A DNA stretch of 64,000 bases from Dimorphilus gyrociliatus. Its lineage: Eukaryota > Animalia > Annelida. The notes under the pieces were generated by a model, which had not been told where the DNA came from, searched no databases, and saw nothing but the letters and a program-made list of their open reading frames with translations. The stretch spans positions 3,405,891-3,469,890 of the forward strand of contig CAJFCJ010000002.1 in NCBI GenBank assembly GCA_904063045.1. The letters run 5' to 3'. Below are positions 57,301 through 64,000 of the stretch, piece by piece. How positions within the stretch are numbered: the first letter of the stretch is position 1; each line of letters opens with the position of its first letter. Both the position numbers and the translations under genes were made by a program.

Positions 57301-60300
57301 AGTACAGGGATATAGATGAAACATTTTAACGCTCAAGGTAGAAATAGCGGAAGAAATAGGAACGTTTGTAAATTAGCTGACTAGGACTGTTTAATTGAAA
57401 AAAAAGGAAAATGGAAAGTGTAGGAGAATATTCCGTCCAATTTATTCTCTTTGCTTCCTATTCTCCCACTTCGATATCTCTCTCTGCGTCTTTGTTATCT
57501 TACGACTCCTTTACTTCGTTTTGTATTACTTAGTTCCTTTCATTTGTATACAATGACACAATTTGATGAAATTTTACAGTTTGATTTTGATTGCGGGGCA
57601 AATAAGATTCCTTTCGCGATTGACCAAAGGAAATAAGTAATGATAGGAGTAAAACTGCAAAAAAAAAAGAGAAAAAAAGAAGAGTTGTCGGAGGGATTTC
57701 CAATTTCATTATCAATTTAATAATGAAAAAAAGTTTCTCTTTATGTTTATATATTAGTATATAGATATTTTTCTTTATTAATCATCTCATGCTATTCTCT
57801 TCTTCTCTTAGAAATAATCGACAATCTCTATTGGTTTTAAACCCAAAATTCCTCCTTTTTTATTTTCAAATCAAAGCAAATTTGTAGGTCAAAACAATTA
57901 TCCTTTAGAAAAGTTAAACAAGCATATATTTATCAAGTTAAAATACCATTAAATAGGATTAAATCATTCGCCTTGGAACTAGCTTCGACACTAAAAATCG
58001 TTTTTACTCATCTATTATTGGTATAAAAACTTTTAAATGTAAATTGTTGTCGTTTGGCTGCTGATAGTCTTCACGAGTCGAAATTTATTTAGATAAAAAT
58101 TCCCAAATGGTTAATCTAATAATAAAGCCATTTTTACTATTTGAAGAATAGTTATCAGTTTTTAATAGGAAGGAAAAAGTTTCTCTCTATAAGATGCTTT
58201 TTAATAAATCTGAAACCTAACGATATTATGAAAAAGCCGGATATCTCCGTAGATATAACTTTTTATTGTGCTGTTAATCCCAGGGTTTGCAAGTACTGCT
58301 AACGGCGATGCTCCCGGAAATTATGCTCTCTTAGACCAGCGAGCTGCACTACATTGGATTCAAGAAAATATCGGCGATTTTAATGGTGATAGAAATCAAG
58401 TAACATTAATGGCTCATGGTTACGGAGCAGCTATGGCACATTTACTTTTGATCTCACCAGTTCTAAGCGGTTTTTTTCCATTCCTGATTTTTTCGCTTAA
58501 TCAACCGCAATTCACTAGGCTTTCTTTTCTATTCTATAGGCAAGAATCTACTGCAACGCGTCATATTGCAGAGTGGTAGTGCATTTTCTCCTTGGGCAAT
58601 ATCCGACCAACCATTGCAATATATAAACCGTCTTGGTGCAGCCCTCAATTGTACTAAGAATTTAGTTCGATGCCTGAAATCTAAATCGTTCAAAGAGCTG
58701 ATTGATTCTGAGATTCTTCACCCGAAGTACTTATCTGGCTTTGGACCTGTTCTTAATCATAGAGCTCTGTTTCCTGAAGATTTAGAAAGCTTATCTGGTA
58801 AAGAGACGTTCTTGGACCGTGTACCAATCTTAATAGGATTTACAGCCAACGAAGGAGATGCCTATTTCAATGATAAACAATTGAAAGATGGCGTTAGCGT
58901 TACTGATAAGTCTCGAATTCTTCGCACGTTCGTTCGAAACATTTTCCGATATCAACGGCAAAAAATTTACGAATTGCTAGTGGAAAATTATGGCCTAGAT
59001 AAGTCTGATGACCCAGTAAAGTTGCAAAGATCGCTAATGGAACTAATTACGGACGGTCTCTACATTTCTCCGATTCTCCGTTTGCTGTTATATCGTAAAC
59101 GAAAGAAGTCTACATATTTATACGTTGTTTCCAGGAAAAGCGCGGGACATGGCACAGATCTACCTTTAGTATTTGGTGCTCCACTACATCCTGGTAAGCT
59201 TTTGTTTATTACTCTCTTCTCTAAAACAAGATATAAATTCCATAGGGAGTTAATGTCTTGAAAATAAGCACCACCTTTAATGCTCTAAAGATACCCGCAA
59301 ATTCCCATTTTAAAGTTGTAAATTCATTATCAATTTCTTCGTCGCAAATTTTTTTTATGTAACTTCTGAAAAAAACCGATAAGGCATTGGGATTTTGGAA
59401 TCTAGCAGCTACTCGCCTCTCAAGGGTAGAATACTTAAAAACTGTGATAAACGATGTCTTTCACGCATCATGGAGGACAAACATTAAGAATCTTTGACAT
59501 GATAATTAGCTTTCTAGAAGTTTGTTTATTTGAATCTGCTTTAAGATGATCGAATAATTTTTAATCTGTAGTCCAACCTCAATTTTCTTTGAAGATGATA
59601 CATGAGTTTTAGGCTAAATTAAGATCTATCGCGTGAAAAGTATTTTAATAATCAATAATATTAACAATTTAATTAAATTGTGCTTAATTAAAGCAGTCAT
59701 GTGACAATTGAGATAAATTTAGATTTTATCAAATAACATTCATTCACTTAAGTGTACAAGGACGAAGGTTATCTGTGTAAGGAATATCGCAATCGAAAAG
59801 TTACCGTACCATGCTATACTTCTATATATATTGCCAATTTGCTTATAAAATTTATTGTTTTTTAGCTCTATTTTTTTCCGCTAAGTGATAAATTAGAAAG
59901 AAACGTTTACAAAATAGTAATTGAATGTATCAAATCCTTTTGCTCCTTAGGTATCGATCCATTTGGTAACAACATTGATAACAATGGTACTCCGATCAGC
60001 GAGGCTGTAGTTACTTACTGGACGAATTTTGCAAAAACAGGGTAAGTGACCTGTTAAAGCTATTTATGAGGCTGGGTAAATTGATTTCAAGCATATTGCA
60101 GAGATCCGAATAGACCAGCCCCTCTAGACGTCTATTGGGAGCGGTATGAAAGAGATCAACCGACTCATTTGGATATAGGTGACTATATTTTTCTAGTTTG
60201 ACTTTTTTAACACAATACATAATATGATAGCTCTTGAGAATAATATTTATTTGATTTAAGCTTAGGCCTAAACATGGAAAAAACAAAATTTTCATAGAAA

Positions 60301-61055
60301 AATAACAACTAGATTATTGTTATTTAACAGGTAACAAGTTGGAAATGAAATTAGGATATTATAAACCCTCAAAAATGACTCTATGGCAAAAAGAGATTCC
60401 AAAATATCATAAGCCAAATGATTTATCACAGAAAATGCATTTACTAGATAATTTTCAAGATAGTTCTACCTTTGAAAAAGAAGGAACAAAGAAGCTGGAT
60501 GTGTACTTTCCTCCACCACCTATAATGCCATTAAAACCGAAATTTAATTCAAGTTCTACCGAAACTTCTAACCCAAAGAGTCCTTCTGAGGAGCTTTTTA
60601 CACCTGCTACTATCAAAAAGTTGGGTAATCTTCCAAATTTTTTATCAACAAGCACAGCGTTTGCTCAGGAAACTGCACCAAAATCTTCATTCGCCTTTTC
60701 AGTGACCGTTGCAGTCGGTTGCACTTTGTTATTCTTTAATATAATAATATTTGGCACCTTTCTCTACAAGCGGCGTAGATTATCAAGAGATTTAAGGAAG
60801 AGACGAAGGCAATTGGAGGAACGCGAAAAAGTTGCTAATTCCTCAGCTAATGAAAGCGATGCTCTCACAATACTGCCAGAACCAATAACGCCATCTAGGA
60901 GATCTCAGGCGGTGTCAAACTCAAATCATGTTCCATTATGTAGATATCCTCCTCCATTTGGATTTCCAACTCTGAGTAGAACAACTGCAATTCCAAGGTA
61001 CGAAGACGGTGTAGAAGATACTTATTGTACAACAAAATCTGCCACCGCCGTTTAA
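51379..61055 (+). CDS. NLGN: Neuroligin (catalytically dead cholinesterase-like adhesion protein), 772 aa; exons 51379-51814, 56775-56924, 58284-58469, 58540-59193, 59951-60041, 60102-60178, 60331-61055
   Basis: Esterase-family motifs EDCLTLNIF, PVLVFLHGE, VNYRLGALG, GNYALLDQ, YWTNFAKTGDPN. Nucleophile elbow AHGYGA lacks the catalytic Ser. Single TM (VTVAVGCTLLFFNIIIFGTFLY) and class I PDZ-binding C-terminus (ATAV). Spliced length 2319 nt, in frame. Confidence 0.9.
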
Positions 61056-61582
61056 CAAATAAAAGAGTATTAAATATGCATGAAATGGTGCTTGTTCTTT
61101 GTTTATGCGTACTTTTTCCCCTTATAAGATAGTACATATCAATCTGTATCATTTTTTCATAGCTGTATGCATTCAATGGATAAAGAAAAAGAGAGAGAGA
61201 GAGAGACAGCTGTTGGACAAATTATATCTTTTACATTTAAAGTATTTCTATTCATTTTTATGATAGATAAGACTTTTGATAATAAAAATGTATTCATTTT
61301 ACTTTATTTTATGTACGTGTCTTTTACGCATACCACATAATTATTCCTATTAACAATTTCATAAAAGTCTTATTTATTTGTTTTTTTTAAGCAAGTAATT
61401 ATTTAGACTTTGTGAAATTTTTAATGATTCATCATAGGCAACTTGATCAAACATTAAAGACTGGTGTATAAGCTGAGGTAGAGAGACATTAGCATGGAAA
61501 ATTATAGTTGTCAGCAAATCATAATAAGAGATAATATTCAAGAAATAACTTTTATTTTACATAAAAAAGCTATTCAGGAATA

Positions 61583-62896
61583 TTAATAAATTTTATATTT
61601 CTTTGAATAGCTCTGACATTCTCTACGGATTCTTTCGCCATCTAGTAAGAAATCATTAATATGCTTGTAAGATGTCTTATTTTTATGTGAATCTGCAAGA
61701 TATTTCGTAAATATTTCATCGCATTCATCGTTATATTCCATGTTTACTTGTTTGTAAATTTCTCTCAAGATTTCCAATGGATTTTGTACTAAATCTTTAA
61801 AGTTAATATCAATAGCTCTTTGGAATGAGCAATTTTTTATTTCTTCTATAGATCTCCTCAAATCATATTTTCTTACCTCTTTCAAGTATTTTTCTGTTAA
61901 AAAGTCGCTAATAAATTTAACGTTTCTCGAGAGTGGACTTTGAAATAATTTTGAATCGTATATTGTCAAATTTGTTATAGATGAGATGACTTGTTCTACG
62001 TTTCGGTGAATTGTTATAAATTGAGCATCTTTAAAGACTGTGAATAGGGCTTTCAAATTTACATTCGAATTTAAATGGTGCATTAAGAGAAATCTTCTAT
62101 TTTTCATATTCTGTTGAAATGCTATTGCCTGAAGAGACCTTTTAATACTTTTGTAAATTTTTATATGATCATCGAATTTGATTTTCTCAATAAACTTGGA
62201 ATATTTTGGTAGGTTTAGCATTTTTGGAATCAGAACGAATATTCCTTCAGCTTTTAAAAGATTTGCCAATTCCTCTGGATCCTTCATTGTTGTACCATGG
62301 GCAGCCATTATTTCTTTAGAGCCTACCAAGTATCTTCGGAATTTTAAAGATTTGTCAAAGTTTAAAATTGTTTTTTCATTAGTTTCTGTTGTCGGTTCTT
62401 CAGGAAAAGGAATAGACGAAATCATTTCCCATAGAGCAGGAGCTTTCCACCTTTTATCTTTACTCATAAGAAGATGTAGAAAAGTGCTGCCAGTCCTTGG
62501 TAGAGTTATAATAAAAACTGGCTTTTCGAACGGAACATCTTCAATTTCGGGATGGACCTCTACGGCTTGAATTATTTTATCCTTATTTATCAAGCTTGAA
62601 GTAATTTCAGATTTCAATCTGATGTAGCCTGAAAGGCTAATCTCTCTCTTTTCATCTATTTCATTGAATAAAATTGTTAGTGCTTCTTGAGTGTGTTGTT
62701 CTCTCTTTAGTAACTCTTTTAGGCTATCTGGTAAAGAGGAGTAAAATTCTTGAAAGGAGAAAGAATTGAGTCTTATTCCAAAAAAAGTGAACATTGAAGC
62801 ATCAATAAAATCAGAAAATCTGATAATCAATGAATGAAAGATAAAAATACATCTTTCAATAAACGAAGCCAGTAAATTCGTGGAATAGTCTTCCAT
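61583..62896 (-). CDS. Sulfotransferase (Sulfotransfer_3 / bacterial Stf-like), single exon, 437 aa
   Basis: 5'-PSB loop PVFIITLPRTGSTFLHLL followed by D...WE; 3'-PB-like IHRNVEQVISS; C-terminal DINFKDLVQNPLEILREIY pattern typical of this family; uninterrupted ORF. Confidence 0.82.
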   Translation of the reverse strand: MEDYSTNLLASFIERCIFIFHSLIIRFSDFIDASMFTFFGIRLNSFSFQEFYSSLPDSLKELLKREQHTQEALTILFNEIDEKREISLSGYIRLKSEITSSLINKDKIIQAVEVHPEIEDVPFEKPVFIITLPRTGSTFLHLLMSKDKRWKAPALWEMISSIPFPEEPTTETNEKTILNFDKSLKFRRYLVGSKEIMAAHGTTMKDPEELANLLKAEGIFVLIPKMLNLPKYSKFIEKIKFDDHIKIYKSIKRSLQAIAFQQNMKNRRFLLMHHLNSNVNLKALFTVFKDAQFITIHRNVEQVISSITNLTIYDSKLFQSPLSRNVKFISDFLTEKYLKEVRKYDLRRSIEEIKNCSFQRAIDINFKDLVQNPLEILREIYKQVNMEYNDECDEIFTKYLADSHKNKTSYKHINDFLLDGERIRRECQSYSKKYKIY

Positions 62897-63174
62897 TATT
62901 TTTCAAAAGAGATATAAACTGCTAATAAACTAAATTGCACTACCTGATAGCTATAACACATATGTGGAAATGGATAGCTATGGGTCCGATAATAATCCTG
63001 ATCAATGCAGTATCATTTAAATATTTTTTATAGTTATTACTTTTACTCTATTCAATTAGTGTCATTATTAAAATATGTTGCCGTGACTATTACCATTTTC
63101 CAATAAAAAACGATATAATAATATATTTAAATAAATATTCAATGTAATAATTTATGTGACGTTAGCAAAAAAAG

Positions 63175-64000
63175 CTAGCAATATTCTTCATTTGTTGCTA
63201 AATTTAATACAAATAAGCTAACATCTTCTTCAACGGCTAGCGTGTACGCATTAAGAATGTCATTTGAAATATAAGTTTTTGACAAACTGCACCTTTTATG
63301 TCTTTTTATATAAGATCCACTTCGACAACCACTTAATTCTTTACATAGACGAGAGCAATTAATAATATTTGGTACGTTTTCGTGAATTTTATTAAGGTAT
63401 GTGTTTTGAATAGTTCTTTTAGCTGTCTTAACGATAAAAAACATTTCTGGCAGTAAAAATTGAAAAGGATTAGAATTTATTAGAATAGTTTTAATAATCT
63501 AAATAATGCTTACCCTTTTGATAATCTTCAATAAAATAAGCATACTCATTACAAATTCTTAGATTTACATTGTTTGCTATTAAAAGGACAGAATCAGTAT
63601 AAATTGCCGATTTGCAGTGGAAGGTAAATGTTGCTGGCTTTTTAGGATATATAGTCATTTTAGTTTCGCTACAGATGCTTACTTCCGTGTTTGTTGTGCT
63701 AGTTATTTTCAGAGTAGACGTCCAATATAAATCACTAAACATTTGAAATCCGATCGCTGTTATATTGTAGTATCCATCAAAGTACATACTTAAACTCTTT
63801 CCGTGGTGAAGGGATTGACAATCTTCTCGAGGGTATACTTGTGAATTAGAAGTTAGCTTTCGATATGTACTGTTTATCACTCTTTCTACTTCAAAAATGA
63901 ACAATTAATTAGTTATAGTTAACTCGCAATATATAACTAATACCTCCAAGTGTACTGTCGGTTACGTTTAGCCCAAAAACCACAACCTCGCAAACCCTAA
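63175..64000 (-). CDS. 3' part of a probable extracellular protein: F5/8/fucolectin-like beta-sandwich domain(s) + PAN/apple domain; exons (>64000)-63944, 63885-63514, 63446-63175
   Basis: Phase-1 GT-AG introns of 58 and 67 nt link the ORF-track pieces. RVCEVVVFG and LRICNEY resemble the 'CEVEV' end of F5/8/FTP domains. The last exon has the PAN Cys pattern CSRLC...GCRSGSY...CSL. Gene runs off the window. Confidence 0.6.

Noticed and set aside
15809-62570. Opposite-strand or alternate-frame ORFs overlapping real exons (e.g. 15809-16123, 18031-18264, 36922-37128, 40345-40563, 40735-40932, 46519-46713, 46820-47056, 49768-50043, 51612-51797, 60455-60655, 62178-62570)
   Set aside because: Shadow ORFs of genuine coding sequence with no recognisable motifs.
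63992-64000. Terminal aaaccctaa as a telomeric repeat
   Set aside because: Single copy lying inside a coding exon on the minus strand.

Overview
AT-rich (roughly 28% GC by eye), intron-containing metazoan genomic DNA, most consistent with a compact-genome invertebrate (organism not determinable here). No rRNA, tRNA, CRISPR array or intact transposon was recognised. Splicing the sequence by hand gives eight genes: (1) the 3' part of a Smad2/3 R-Smad (+), with a candidate internal first exon that would drop MH1; (2) a ~1504-aa type II membrane ENPP (+) carrying TWO complete phosphodiesterase + nuclease-like modules in one reading frame; (3) a small 4-exon PTB-domain gene (ICAP1/CCM2-like, +) absent from the ORF track; (4) dystrobrevin (+) with at least two candidate first exons; (5) a nicotinic acetylcholine receptor alpha subunit (-) with Asn instead of the conserved 9' gate leucine; (6) neuroligin (+), head-to-head with the receptor; (7) an intronless bacterial-type sulfotransferase (-); (8) the 3' end of a gene for an F5/8-like + PAN/apple-domain protein (-). 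Non-coding DNA shows recurrent CTCF-like motifs, CAGCTG E-boxes and TATAC(A/T)GTATA motifs identical to Tc1/mariner excision footprints. The strongest novelty candidates are the double-module ENPP, the L9'N receptor and the dystrobrevin-nAChR-neuroligin postsynaptic cluster.
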